Shown here: positions 40,205-53,494 of the stretch, piece after piece
Layout: each line of letters starts with the position of its first letter
Numbering within the stretch: position 1 is the first letter of the stretch
Source: Eledone cirrhosa
Lineage: Eukaryota
Length of the DNA: 64,000 bases
Assembly (NCBI GenBank): GCA_964016885.1
Contig: OZ024743.1
Coordinates: forward strand, 212,846,001-212,910,000
Direction: 5' to 3'
Position numbers and translations under genes: made by a program
The notes under the pieces: generated by a model
The model's database searches: none
Told to the model about the DNA's origin: nothing
Seen by the model: only the letters and a program-made list of their open reading frames with translations

Positions 40205-40561
40205 GTATTTGACGGCTTATAAGATGCGCTTTTTTTCCAAAAATGTCACAGAATATCACCCTGCGTCTTATAAGGTGAAGGGCCAGTTTTGGTTACTGCC
40301 TAGTGAAGTTCTAATTCTGCAGTCGGCCTTAGATTAAACCGCAAACATCTCCGCAAATGGAAACACGGTGGCGATGGCTTCTACACCAATATTACAACTA
40401 GAATTACAATGTAGTATGATTAAAAAAAATATACGATGTCCAAACTTTATACGCTGCACCTGACATTCGTAGCTTAAACCCAATTAGTTATTTATTTTAA
40501 TGTCTGCCCAAATTGAGGTGCGACTTATAAGCTAATGCTTCATATAAGCTGTCAAATACGG
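40203..40561. mobile_element. Tc1/mariner (pogo/Tigger-like) MITE
   Basis: TIR ccgtatttgacggcttata / tataagctgtcaaatacgg with TA on both sides. Confidence 0.85.
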
Positions 40562-40589
40562 TACGTACACACACACATATTGTGTGTGC

Positions 40590-40637
<48 letters not shown>

Positions 40638-40703
40638 AGTTTTGCAGGCAAGCTAACACAAATGTAAATTCTGAATAAACTAATATATTTTTTTTCATTA
40701 AAG

Positions 40704-40864
40704 GTTACGAAAACGATTGTGACGTTCACTGCAAAAACAGAAAAAAGAGGAAGAGCCGAGATGCCATTTTACCAGATGGGACGCCATGTTCACATCCCGA
40801 TCCAGAATACAATGTACATGGTGTATCAAACTTAAAGTTGCATTGTTTCAGAGGGAAGTGTCAG
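40704..40864 (+). CDS. ADAMTS-like exon 14 (Cys-rich domain)
   Basis: taaag|(S)YENDCDVHCKNRKKRKSRDAILPDGTPCSHPDPEYNVHGVSNLKLHCFRGKCQ|gtaagg; C...C, DGTPC, C..G.C. Confidence 0.92.
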
Positions 40865-40939
40865 GTAAGGATGTGTATAATGAAGATTGATCCTCATATT
40901 ATTTACATCGTAATTTTGTTCATTTTTGTGTGGAGATAA

Positions 40940-43680
40940 CAATAGAATGGACAATTGATGGTTGAAGTAGTAGAGTGGTCTATAGATGGTTGAGACAGTA
41001 GAGTGGTCTATAGATGGTTGAGACAATAGAGAGGTCTATAGATAGCTGAGACAGTAGAATGGTCTATAGATAGCTGAGACAGTAGAGTGGTCTATAGATG
41101 GTTGAGACAGTAGAGTGGTCTATAGATGGTTGAGACAATATAGTGGTCTATAGATGGTTGAGACAGTAGAGTGGTCTATAGATGGTTGAGACAGTAGAGT
41201 GGTCTATATATGGTTGAGACAGTAGAGTGGTCTATATATGGTTGAGACAGTAGAGTGGTCTATATATGGTTGAGACAGTAGAGAAGTCTATAAATGGTTG
41301 AGACAGTAGAGTGGTCTATAGATGGTTGAGACAGTAGAGTGGTCTATAGATGGTTGAGAGAGTAGAGTGGTCTATATATGGTTGAGACAGCAGAGTGGTC
41401 TATAGATAGCTGAGACAATAGAATGGTCTATAGATGGTTGAGACAATAGAGTGGTCTATAGATAGCTGAGACATTAGAGTGGTCTATAGATGGTTGAGAT
41501 AATAGAGTGGTCTATATATGGTTGAGACAATAGAGTGGTCTATAGATGGTTGAGACAATAGAGTGGTCTATAGATGGTTGAAACAATAGAGTGGTCTATA
41601 GATGGTTGAGACAGTAGAGTGGTCTATAGATGGTTGAGACAGTAGAGTGGTCTATAGATAGCTGAGACAGTAGAGTGGTCTATAGATGGTTCAGACAGTA
41701 GAGTGGTCTATAGATGGTTGAGACAGTAGAGTGGTCTATAGATGGTTGAGACAGTAGAGTGGTCTATAGATGGTTGAGGCAGTAGAGTGGTCTATAGATG
41801 GTTGAGACAGTAGAACGGTCTATAGATGGTTGAGACATGAGAGTGGTCTATAGATGGTTGAGACAGTAGAGTGGGCTATAGATGGTTGAGACAATAGAGT
41901 GGTCTATAGATGGTTGAGACAGTAGAGTGGTCTATAGATTGTTAAAGTAGTAGAGTGGTCTATAGATGGTTGAGACAGTAGAGTGGTGTATAGATGGTTG
42001 AAGTAGTAGAGTGGTCTATATATGGTTGAGACAGTAGAGTGGTCTATAGATGTTTGAGACAGTAGAGTGGTCTATAAATGGTTGAAGTAGTAGAGTGGTA
42101 TATAGATAGTTGAGACAATAGAGTGGTCAATAGATGGTTGAGACAGTAGAGTGGTCTATAGATGGTTGAGACAATAGAGTGGTCTATATATGGTTGAGAC
42201 AATAGAGTGGTCTATAGATGGTTGAGACAGTAGAGTGGTCTATAGATGGTTGAGACAATAGAGTGGTCTATAGATGGTTGAAACAATAGAGTGGTCTATA
42301 GATGGTTGAGACAGTAGAGTGGTCTATAGATGGTTGAGGTAGTAGAGTGGTCTATAGATGGTTGAGACAATAGAGTGGTCTATAGATGGTTGAGACAATA
42401 GAGTGGTCTATAGATGGTTAAGACAGTAGAGTGGTCTATAGATGGTTAAGACAGTAGAGTGGTCTATAGATGGTTGAGACAATAGAGTGGTCTATATATA
42501 GATGGTTGAGACAATAGAGTGGTCTATAGATGGTTGAGACAGTAGAGTGGTCTATAGATGGTTGAGACAGTAGAGTGGTCTATAGATGGTTGAAGTAGTA
42601 GAGTGGTCTATAGATGGTTGAGACAATAGAGTGGTCTATAGATTGTTGAAGTAGTAGAGTGGTCTATAGATAGTTGAGACATTAGAGTGGTCTATAGATG
42701 GTTGAGACAATAGAGTGGTCTATAGATGGTTGAGACAGTAGAGTGGTCTATAGATGGTTGAGGCAGTAGAGTGGTCTATAGATAGCTGAGACAGTAGAGT
42801 GGTCTATAGATGGTTGAGACAATAGAGTGGTCTATAAATGGTTGAGACAGTAGAGTGGTCTATAGATGGTTAAGACAGTAGAGTGGTCTATAGATGGTTT
42901 AGACAATAGAGTGGTCTATATATAGATGGTTGAGACAATAGAGTGGTCTATAGATGGTTGAGACAGTAGAGTGGTCTATAGATGGTTGAGACAGTAGAGT
43001 GGTCTATAGATAGCTGAGACAGTAGAGTGGTCTATAGATGCTTCAGACAGTAGAGTGGTCTATAGATGGTTGAGACAGTAGAGTGGTCTATAGATAGCTG
43101 AGACAGTAGAGTGGTCTATAGATGGTTGATACAATAGTGTGGTCTATAGATGGTTGAAGTAGTAGAGTGGTCTATAGATAGCTGAGACAGTAGAGTGGTC
43201 TATAGATGGTTGAAGTAGTAGAGTGGTCTATAGATAGACAGTAGAGTGGTCTATAGATGGTTGATACAGTAGAGTGGTCTATAGATGGTTGAGACAATAG
43301 AGTGGTCTATAGATGGTTGAGACAATAGAGTGATCTATAGATGGTTGAAGTAGTAGAGTGGTCTATAGATAGCTGAGACATTAGAGTGGTCTATAGATGG
43401 TTAAGACAGTAGAGTGGTCTATAGATGGTTGAGACAGTAGAGTGGTCTATAGATAGCTGAGTCAGTAGTGTGGTCTATAGATGGTTGAGACAATAGTGTG
43501 GTCTATAGATGGTTGTAGTAGTAGAGTGGTCTATAGATAGCTGAGACATTAGAGTGGTCTATAGATGGTTGAAGTAGTAGAGTGGTCTATAGATGGTTGA
43601 GACAATAGAGTGGTATATAGATGGTTGAGACAGTACAGTGGTCTATAGATAGATGAGACAGTAGAGTGGTCTATAGATAG
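40940..43680. repeat. Tandem satellite, 28-bp unit GAGACAGTAGAGTGGTCTATAGATGGTT, about 97 copies, intronic
   Basis: Directly visible. Confidence 0.98.
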
Positions 43681-44288
43681 ATTTCTATTTATTGCCACTA
43701 GGGCGCAAAAGAAGAGGCCAATTCAAGGGAGGAGTTTACACAAAAAGGCGAGTAAAGAAAACAAATAACAAATATAAAATTAACAATAAATTCCTCAATA
43801 GGGAGGGTGCGTTTGGGGGGTCCGCCCCCCCCCCCCCTCCCCCAAAAAATTGTGCAACCCCTTCTCCTCAGGAGCACAGAGAGAGGGTGCTCCCCCGTTC
43901 CCTCCTCTTTTCCACCTACAGGCTGATGTAGAGAGAATGTCCATTCACACGGGCCATTCTCGCCACTGTCACCCACCTTTCATAAAAACGACTGGGGTTG
44001 AGCACCTCTCTCTCCATCCTGATCCTTCTTCCGAAATGATATCGGAAGAAACGGATCAGTTGTTGGCCAGAGAGAAAGGTGCCTGACCTGAGTCCTTTCA
44101 GACGCGTCCACCATACAACGTCTTTCACCATGGCTATTACGCACAGAAACACTGTCTCTCCTTCATTTTTGAAGTGGGGAGGCGACTTAACCGTTACAAT
44201 GTCCTCGGTTGTCAACCGGATCGGTCCCACCCGTGATAGCAGTCGTTCGACATAGCCCCACAGATCGGCTACGCCCGAGCAGTTTACC
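43681..44288 (-). mobile_element. L1/Tx1-clade LINE 3' fragment (same family as 53.4-59.1 kb copy)
   Basis: CSGVADLWGYVE...MVK.VVWWTRLKG...ERWV matches the 58002-58811 ORF; 3' UTR ends in aataaatagaaa. Confidence 0.92.
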
Positions 44289-44976
44289 ACTTTCACACAT
44301 GTATCGAATGTCTTTTTAACTGTTGTATAAATAATTGTTTCTACTTTTGGCACAAGGCCAGCAATTATCCAATGTATTACTGGTACTTTATTTTATCGAT
44401 CCCGTAAGGATGAAAGGCACAGTTAACCTCGGCGGGATTTGAACGGGCCGTAACTCTTTGCTGCATAGCATGGCGCCCGACCCTCTAGCGATACTGCCAA
44501 TATAAATAATATTTCATTCTATGAAATGTGTACCGTCTCAAAAAAGCAACAACAAAAAACTACCATGATTAGATAAAATAGATTATATGTTATCTGTATT
44601 CGAACGAATCAATAGATAAATGGAAATGAAGAAACAGTGACAGCTATGTTTTCAATGGTGACCATGGCTACGTGATGGTTTCATTACGCAACCACTCACA
44701 CGATATCATCTGACAACATCTTTTGTAATAAGGTTACGTTTCCGAGGCAATCTAATCTAAAGACAAGGAAACAGACAGAAGTGATGTTTTCATAGCCGAA
44801 GTCCGAAGCCCTTCCCTTATATATATGTATATATATATAATAAATGTAATCTGAGTTTTTCGAATATTAATAATAACATTCGATTTGTTTGCAATTATGC
44901 AAACAAGCCTCAATTTTATAGCCATGTCAGTAGAATGAACACTTCATTCTTGCTCTTGTGTTGGCATGCGAACAGA

Positions 44977-45022
44977 ACTGCAGACACTAATATTTCTGGG
45001 TATCACCCTTCATCAGTACAGC
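44977..45022 (-). ncRNA. Type-I hammerhead ribozyme
   Basis: gctgta-CTGATGA-a gggt gat accc a-GAAA-tattagtg-TC-tgcagt; GUC site; stem III looks like a C-to-T decayed CACTAGTG palindrome. Confidence 0.7.
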
Positions 45023-45428
45023 TCACTGTTCACCTGCCAAACTGTCAGAGCTAGTGAAAATATATGCTATGTTCAAAAATACCCAGTGACTGATCTGCCT
45101 GATTTGCATATTAGCAGACTGGCTGATCCGTCAGATCTGCATATTAGCAGATCCAGTGATCAGCCAGATTTGTATATCAGCAGACTGGCCAGTCAGTTTC
45201 CTGTATACGAGCGATAAATGGCCGGCTTTGACGGAGAGAGAGAGAGAACATCGCTAGTAGAAAACGTTGTCTTTGCACTAATTTTAAAAGGAGTGCAACG
45301 ACTTTGTGACAGACAGGTAAAAATGCAGTACAATCAGTATAATATAGATTATTATTATTGTTGTTGTTTGTATTATTATTGTTATTATAATTATTTTTAC
45401 TATTATTTATTATTATGATCATCATAAA

Positions 45429-45645
45429 GGCAGTGAATTGGCAGCATCGGTAGAACGTCGGACACCCTGCTTTGCAGCATAGAGTTACGGCCCTTTACGT
45501 TCTGAGTTCAAATACCGCCGAGGTTAACTTTGCCTTTCATCCTTATGGGGTCGATGAAATAAAGTACCATTAACTCACTGGGGTCGATTTAATCGACTTT
45601 CCCTTCCCACTAAAATTGCTGGCCTTGTGCCTATATAAGAAACCA
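45429..45645 (+). mobile_element. tRNA-derived SINE with Nin/Deu-like core (representative full copy)
   Basis: gagttcaaat B-box, ctttcatcc..ggggtcgat.aaataaagtacc core, (ATT)n tail; further copies near 15131(-), 17963(+), 32550(-), 33945(+), 34215(-), 44336(-), 48420(+), 52479(-), 59394(-). Confidence 0.85.
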
Positions 45646-45699
45646 TTATTATTATCATCATAATTGTTGTTGTTATTACTATTATAATTCATTTTGCAG

Positions 45700-45771
45700 G
45701 CATTTGGATGTGATTCCAGATTTCCCCCGGACTATTATGGAAATGATCTAGCTTGTAGTGCATACGTATAG
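45700..45771 (+). CDS. ADAMTS-like terminal coding exon
   Basis: ttttgcag|AFGCDSRFPPDYYGNDLACSAYV*; the GCD motif follows C..G.C as in the ADAMTS Cys-rich domain; AATAAA at 46135-46140. Confidence 0.82.
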   Translation, partial: AFGCDSRFPPDYYGNDLACSAYV

Positions 45772-45801
45772 AAATATGTCAGCATCAGAAGGAATTGTAA
45801 C

Positions 45802-46090
45802 CAGTGCCGAATTAAGGACAAACGAGGCCCTGCGCTAGTTAAGTTATGAGGCCCTGTGATAGTTAAGTTATGAGGCCCTGTCATAGTTAAGTTATGAGGC
45901 CCTGTGATAGTTAAGTTATTAGGTCCCGTGATAGTTCAGTTATGAGGCCCTGTGATAATTAAGTTATCAGGCCCCTTTGAAAGTTTGACATTTGAAAAAC
46001 ATTGGAAAAATTCATTGTGAAGATGGGTTCCCCTAGTCAACCGTGCCCTGTGCAGAAGCACACCTAAGCACAATGGTAAAACTGGTACTG
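45802..46090. mobile_element. hAT MITE with internal 22-bp tandem repeats, in the putative 3' UTR
   Basis: Ends cagtgccg / ctggtactg; perfect 8-bp TSD attgtaac (45794-45801, 46091-46098). Confidence 0.85.
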
Positions 46091-46859
46091 ATTGTAACTA
46101 AATGTTTTAATACCGAATATTTGTACACTCAGCAAATAAAATATTTAACTTTATAAACAGTTATTTTCTTTTAAATTAAATGACAACCTGTAGAAAGACC
46201 CTCTACATGGTCTCTCGGCTTGCTGAATATACCATCCAGATATCCCTCAAGTAACATTATACAACATTATAAAATGTAATTCAATACACACACACACGCA
46301 CGCATTTATAAAGTTGTGTACCAAGTATATATACAGAATAGAGGTAATCGTGATTGCCTAAAAGTGTATACAAATTTACACATTTTTAGTATATATAAAC
46401 ATCCCAAATATACGCAGATCCCTGTGAATTGGAAAAAATTATAAACATCCGATTTCCGGACACAGGCCCTTCATCAGAAGGTGTGTACATCATAGAAACA
46501 ACCGCAATGAATAAATAACCGAGGGGATTATATACTCTATCATTTATAGCAGTAACCTGATATGGACTACGAATAGATTTTTAAAAATGCCTAAAATTAT
46601 ACAAAAACCAGGAAAAACGCGTCTGAAAACAGCTTGCCTTTTCAACCACAAATCTTACAATGTATTTGAAGTACATACTTGGAGAAAGCTTATCTTTCAG
46701 AGGACCAAATAATTAGTTATACGAGAGTTATTAATAAGAACATATTTCTTATTTTAAATTTATTACCTGTAATTTACTGCACATAGTTTATATATATCCT
46801 CCACCAGTACATCTTATTCAGCTAAACACGCCATATATCGAAAGTATCTTCTTCATTTT

Positions 46860-47054
46860 ATCGCTTCTCGGCATTTTGGCTAAGATAAAAGTGTATTATC
46901 TGTTTCTATCAGCTTAATATCAACTTGATATGTTCCTAATATAGGAACTCTGATGTTAAACTGATATTTCTTTACCATCGAAGATGATGGAGCTTGCTCC
47001 AGTTTTGTCATGTGTTGACCTGGTATTGAAGTACATCCAGGATTTAGCCCATCT
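46860..47054 (+). pseudogene. RNU2: U2 snRNA pseudogene or variant, full length
   Basis: atcgcttctcggcattttggctaagat..aagtgtattatctgtt..tatcag.ttaatat...ggagcttgctcc...gacctggtattgaagtacatccagg follows U2 from the 5' end to stem-loop IV; branch-recognition GUAGUA altered to GUAUUA; Sm site degraded. Confidence 0.9.
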
Positions 47055-50000
47055 CCTTAACGGAGATATATTAAATTAAAAAATTAGACTACTATCTCAA
47101 ATAACTAATGAAGTATATTTATTTTAATAACACGATTCGTGTTCCTTTCCATTTAGCAATTAACCAGCAAATATTTACCGTAAACATAGCTGCACATATC
47201 ACACTCTGGCGAGGAGATGGTGAGAACCTATTTAAAAATACACCTGTTTCTTACCATAATAAAAATAATACTTTCATTGCTAATAAATATTTTTTTAAAA
47301 AGCCCATAATTATACAAAAACCACGAGCAACTCGTCTCAAAATACAGCTTGCGGATTCATATACAAATTTTACAATGTATTTGAAGTACATATTTGAAGA
47401 AAGCTTGTCTTTCATGGACTTCGACAAATGAAGAGAAGAAAATCATTAGATATACGAGAGTTATGAATAAGAAAATATTTCTTATTCCAAATTTGTTACA
47501 TGTAATTTACTGCATATATTTTTTACGTGCTTGAAGCCCTTGTGGTCATTTCCTCAGAGCATCTAAGTGTAAATCATGAATATTCTTGATCCCAGGGCTT
47601 CGCATTGAAGATGTGCAAACGCCGAAGAAGACTAAAATAAGTTTGAATGTTAATAGTTGTAAATATTGTTACTAAGACAGTACGGAAGTTAGATTCTAAT
47701 TAACAGTGAAGTCTATCAGAGACCAAATTCCTGTGATTTAATGGGTTTTTGTTTTGTTAGTTGACATTTTTACTGGTCTGAACAAAACAAATGAATGAAA
47801 CCCTCTGAATGTAACAACCATTCAGACTAGAAAATAATCTTATTTCTCACTTGAAAATGTCAACTTTAATTTCAGGCCATGTCGAAACAATATTTATCTA
47901 TGGTTGTGGCTGTTTTGTTTGTTTCCAAATCAAATACTGCATCTGTGTGAATCATCTATTGACCTTTTATAACACCATGCACTATTTCCTCTCTATTTAA
48001 GCTCCTAAATAAACCACTATGTAGATATCTCTATTATGTCATTCTACAATTAAAAAAACAAAACAAGAATTATGACATCTGCAGACAAAAATGTCTTTTA
48101 TCCAATAGCCCCACAATATCATATTTCTTGATTAAATGTTTTCAGTGACAACATGAAATCAGTATAAATGCCCTACTCACTCTAATATCTTCACTTACAC
48201 CTACTTATCCACTTGCTCAGGAGAATCTCTATAACTTATGGACACACACATATTATTTGATCAAACAGTTTAATTAACAATGAAAACAAAGTATTTATGA
48301 TAACAAGAAAGCCTACTGAAGTAGCAAGGAATTAAAGTTAGGCCTTACATCGAACTTTACCGAAACAATAACCATGGTAATATTTATTTATAGCAACATA
48401 AACCTCCATTCCAAGCGGAAAATTGGCAGAGTCGTTAGATAGAATGCTTTGCGGTATTCATTTCGACTCCCTACTCTCTGTGTTCAAATCCCGCCGAGGT
48501 CAACTTTGCCTTTCATCCATTCGAGGTCGATAAAAAAATTACCAGTCTAGTACTGGGGTCTTTTCTTCCTCTATATCCCTTTCTCATTTCCATACACTCA
48601 CTCTCTTTATCCTTCTCACGAAGAAATCTGTTCTATTCAGACCTGGAGTTTTAAAATGCATAGAAACACCGCATGTCAATACGGCGCCCCGACGACCCCG
48701 TCAGAAGTTACGAAACCATGCATGCATGCAAACCTACATTCAGTGACTCAAGTTTTATGCTACTTCAAATTTATGCCTTAGATAAACAAAATGGAGTGAT
48801 AAGTTAACTGTATGCTGTGTATTGGGATTATTTTTTGAGCTCCAGTATATCACCAGTAGCAGCAGGCTACACTAATTCATAGGCTTGGCGAGTTCAAGTG
48901 CTAATGAGCTCATATATCTCTAGAAATAGAAAGGTGCTGCTAATATCAATATTTCTATTATCCTTCTACCTTTCACTCACTATATCTATCACAGCTCTCT
49001 CTCTCTCTTCCATCTCTCCCATTCTGTATCTCTCTCTCTAATTTTCCCCCTCTCTTGCATCACTACAGCCTCCAATAATATGCACTTGTTCAACTTTGAG
49101 CAGCTTCTTCTCTTATACCTCTCATTCTGTAGGTTTATCTTGTTCAGAATGTTTATAATTAAAAACAATAACCAAGTTACTTACTTGTGACGGCATGAAA
49201 GCTAATGGTTAGGGTGTTGGGCTCACGATCCTAATGTCGTCGGTTAGATTTCTGAACTAGGTGGAACCTTTTTTTTTTACTTAAGTAAAACACTTCATTT
49301 ATTTGAAAGCACAAGAAAGCATCGGCTGCTTCGGTAATGCATGAATAGGTCACTTTCATTTTTTTCTCTTATCTTTGTGATAGGTTCAAGAACAAACGTA
49401 GAACTGCATTGTTTTATACTTATTCTCACACAAAGAGCTTCTGAGAGTTTGGAAGATTACCTATACATGGTTTAGAAGAATAAGGTATATCTGTAGACAG
49501 GTTACAATTGGTTTCTTTACTTTATCAGCATACAGAAAATGGCTACGAAAAGACTACTACATATAGAACAGAAAAAAATAAGGATAAAGATTATTAGACA
49601 GCACGGCCTACATACTCTAAATAAAACTAATTTCAATATCAATAAAAATGCCACCAGAACAATGCTTGCAATGTTTTTTGTAATAACAACATTCGCATGT
49701 ACACACAAATGTACAGCACTAAATGAAAAATATTTTTGAGAATGGGAGTTTTGCTTGATGCACCATTGAAATAGATACAATAGATACCCTCAACACAATC
49801 AATCACAAAAAGTGATGGCTTAGTAAATTATATTAACCCACACAGCTTGTCCTTGCTTGAGAAGAAAATTTACGTATTTGTACATGATTAAAAATTGGCA
49901 GGTACTTTCACTTGCATTCCAAACAGCATCTGGAAGGGGATTTGTTCAGTGTGTAGAGAAAAATACTCGTTATCCAATGCAGTAAAGCCTGTCTGCCTGG

Positions 50001-50479
50001 TATCTATAACTGATGAGAATATCAGTGAAAAGACAAGCTAAAATTATGAGGCACACATTCACTTTTATATTTGTAGATTAATACTTGAGCCAAAGAAACT
50101 CGTTTTCAGCTTTGCATCGCAGTATAATGGGTGATCACTTCAAGGGTGACAAGAGAAGACGTATGATTGGAAGGGACAAGTCCCAATGACTTCTGAAAAT
50201 TAGGGAGCTAAACTATAATTATGTTTAGTGGAGGGGAGCATCATTCTTTAGAACAGGAGTTCTCAACCTGGACTCTGTGGAAACTTAGGATTCCGTATCA
50301 ATAATTTTTGTTTTTATAGCAAGATTTTACTGCTGTTCTAATGCTTATTGCAGTGATAGGTTTTAAGTCCCGTTATCTTTTTGTTCATCTGTGAAGGATC
50401 CATGAAAAGGTCGGAGCTCTTGTTGTAGAGCACCATTGGTCATAACGACGATAACAACAACAGCAATAATAATAATAAT

Positions 50480-51622
50480 GGTTCCTGATATAGGCACACG
50501 GCCAACAATGTTTTGGGCGGGGAAAGTCGATTAAATGGACCCCAGGCCATAAAGGGCCGTAACTCTATGCTGCAAAGCATAGTGTCCGACGCTCTATCGA
50601 TGCTACCAATTCACCACCCTTAATAATGATTTTTGATTTAGGCACAAGGCCAACCATTTTGGGGGAAGGGAAAGTTGATTAAATCGACCACAGTGCGTTA
50701 CTGGTACTTTATTTTATCGACCCCGTAAGGATGAAAGATAAAGCTAACCTCCGCGGGATTTGAACTCAGAATGTAAAGAGCCGTAACTCTATGCTGCTAA
50801 GCATGTTGTCCAACGCTCTACAGACACTGTTAATCTACTGCCCTTATCATCATCATCATCATCATCATCATCACTTTAATAATAATGATTTCTATTATAG
50901 GCACAAGGCCAGTAATTTGTGGGGAGGGGACAGTCAATTAAATTGACCCCAATACGTTACTGGTACTTTATTTTATCGACCCAGTAAGGATGAAAGGCAA
51001 AGATAACCTCGACGGAATTTGAACTCAGACCACAAAGGGCCATAACTCTATGCTGCAAAGCATGGCGTCCGACCCTCTACCGTTACTGCCAATCCACCAA
51101 TAATAAAATTACAATAGATACGTCCCACCCTATAGTTGATTAATTAATCCCAACATAAATGTTTCTCTTATCAATAATATTGATCGTTTCTATATTAGGC
51201 GTCCATCACCACCATTCTCATCACTCTTATATCACCCACACCATTCTCAAGTTACGAGATCCAATCAGACAACTATAAATACCTACATGAGTGTCGTCAC
51301 ACGATGTTATAGTAACAGGACAGAGACTTGAGGTGAGTGGTAAAACTCTAAAAATATTTCTAAAACAATTTGGTGGTGGTGGGGCAGGGTGCTTGCAAAT
51401 AACACTTGCTGCTACCATAATTGATATTATTATTATTATCGGTGGATTGGCAGTATCGGTAGCGGGTCGGACGCCATGCTTTGAAGCATAGAGTTACGGC
51501 CCTTGTCATTCTGAGTTCAAATCCCGCCGAGGTTAACCTTGCCTTTCATCCTTACGGGGTCGATAAAATAATGTACCAGTAATGCACTGGGTATTTGCTG
51601 GCCTTGTGCCAAAAAGTAGAAA
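50480..51622. mobile_element. Cluster of Nin/Deu-like SINEs: three minus-strand copies (50480-51100) and one plus-strand copy (51441-51622)
   Basis: Repeated ggcacaaggcc...ttttatcgacc..gtaaggatgaaag...tttgaactcaga motifs. Confidence 0.85.
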
Positions 51623-53170
51623 CAATTATTATTACCACCACCACCACCACTATCACCAGCACTATCGCCACCGCCGTTGCCACCACCAACACGACTACCA
51701 CCTCCGCCACCACTACCATAACTATCATTATTAGTTGGAACAGCAGTGGCCAAGGCAGAATTTAACGACACTAAAGTCTAAGACTTTTCATTAGCTTATG
51801 TTACAATTCTAATGATGTAATCATCTATTAATTAGCACTAATTAACTTTGACCAGAACCACCCCACCCGCTTGAAGATTGGCTTCGTAAGGTAAAAAAAA
51901 TTAAGAAAAAAATGAACTTTCTTTCCTACCTTCTTTTTTCTTTCTGCAACATGAATATCAGAAGATATTACAAGTGAAAGGTGGCAAAATATATAAAAAA
52001 CAATGTTTTAAAGTAACATAGTAAAAAACTGCAACACGAACGACTACACACACACAGATATATATATATATATGTATATACACATACCTGATTGGAAAAC
52101 ACAAAATAGAAAAAGATTATGTGAACAAATAACCGCAATGTTAAATTAAAACGACAACAACAACAACAACAGCAACTACTACTACCGAGGTTCCACTGTA
52201 TATACATTTGACAAAAGTTTTATTTTTTTACCACATTATTTTTATCCCAGATTTAATTACGTTTACTTGAGTATATATCTTCCAAAGAGAGCAACTATCT
52301 ACGTGTTTCTTCTTAGCTTCTTCAGTGAACTTTAAGCTGATACAGAATTTGATAATAACCCTTGACATCTTATTTCTGGTGCTATAAATGGTCATTTCGT
52401 TCAACAATTGAGTTTATGGTGAAAGGAGGAAAAAGGGAATAGAAGAGAGAAAGTGACTGTACTAATTATTGAAATAATTGTTTCTACTTTTGGCACACGG
52501 CCAGGAATTATCCCAGTACATTACTTGTACTTTATTTTATCGAACCCCGTAAGGATGAAGGGCAAAGTTAATTTCGGCGGGATTTTAACTCAGACCGCAA
52601 AAGGCCGTAACTCTACGCTGTAAAATTGAAATAATAATCATGGTAATATCGACTTCAAAAATTCTGGTTTTATGTTACTTCAAATTTATGATTTAAATAA
52701 ACAAAATAGTAAAAGAAGTCAAATGTATGCAGTGTATTGGGATTATTTTCTGAGCTTCAGTATATTGCCACCAAGCTACACCAATTCTTAGGCTTGCTAA
52801 GTACTAATGAGTTCATATAACTCTAGGAAGAGGAACTATTTTATGAACTTTCCAGTAGACAAATCTTTACTAACACAGATCATTATCAGTTTCTTTGGAT
52901 TCCATATTATATCTAATTTTCTCCAATAAGATGGCGTGTTGTTGTAGTTTATGCAAGAATTGGCTAAATTTTGTGCAAGGTAAAACTGGGAATTATACTT
53001 TATCACACTTGCATTCGTCTACGAATTCTACGTGCAAAATGAAACCAGCCAAGACATATGATGGTGCCAAAACGATTTCTACACGACCTGCTGAGCACTT
53101 AGAACCTTGTACACGTAATGGTGTTAGTTGGCTGCCCCCTCAAAGCTGCTCGATACGAAAATGAAGAGCA

Positions 53171-53247
<77 letters not shown>

Positions 53248-53494
53248 GTGTATTTATTTCCATGTATGTATAACCAGATTTCTTCTTCTTAGTGCCAAAC
53301 ACTTTATGCTGTTTTTACAAGTTTCGTTTAAATTTATCTGGAAATTGTGAACTGTAAACTTTCATTTTTGTACCATTTTGTAGAGAGACTGCCAGGTCAA
53401 ATTTTGATCTCGTCAGTCTCTCAAAATATTCTACGCCTTTAGGCGAAATAGTGTTGTAAACATTTTATCTTTCGAAAAATCCTATTTGATAAAA

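Noticed and set aside
40940-43680. CRISPR-like 28-bp repeats
   Set aside because: Units are contiguous with no spacers; simple satellite.
46447-46480. Minus-strand hammerhead CTGATGA-agggcctgtgtccg-GAAA-tcgga
   Set aside because: The cleavage position is G and stem I does not pair; at best a decayed relic.
50010-50032. CTGATGA...GAAA motif
   Set aside because: No stems I, II or III; chance match.
52895-53164. 89-aa + strand ORF (and 60899-61204)
   Set aside because: No recognisable motif or splice context; the opposite-strand readings contain stops.
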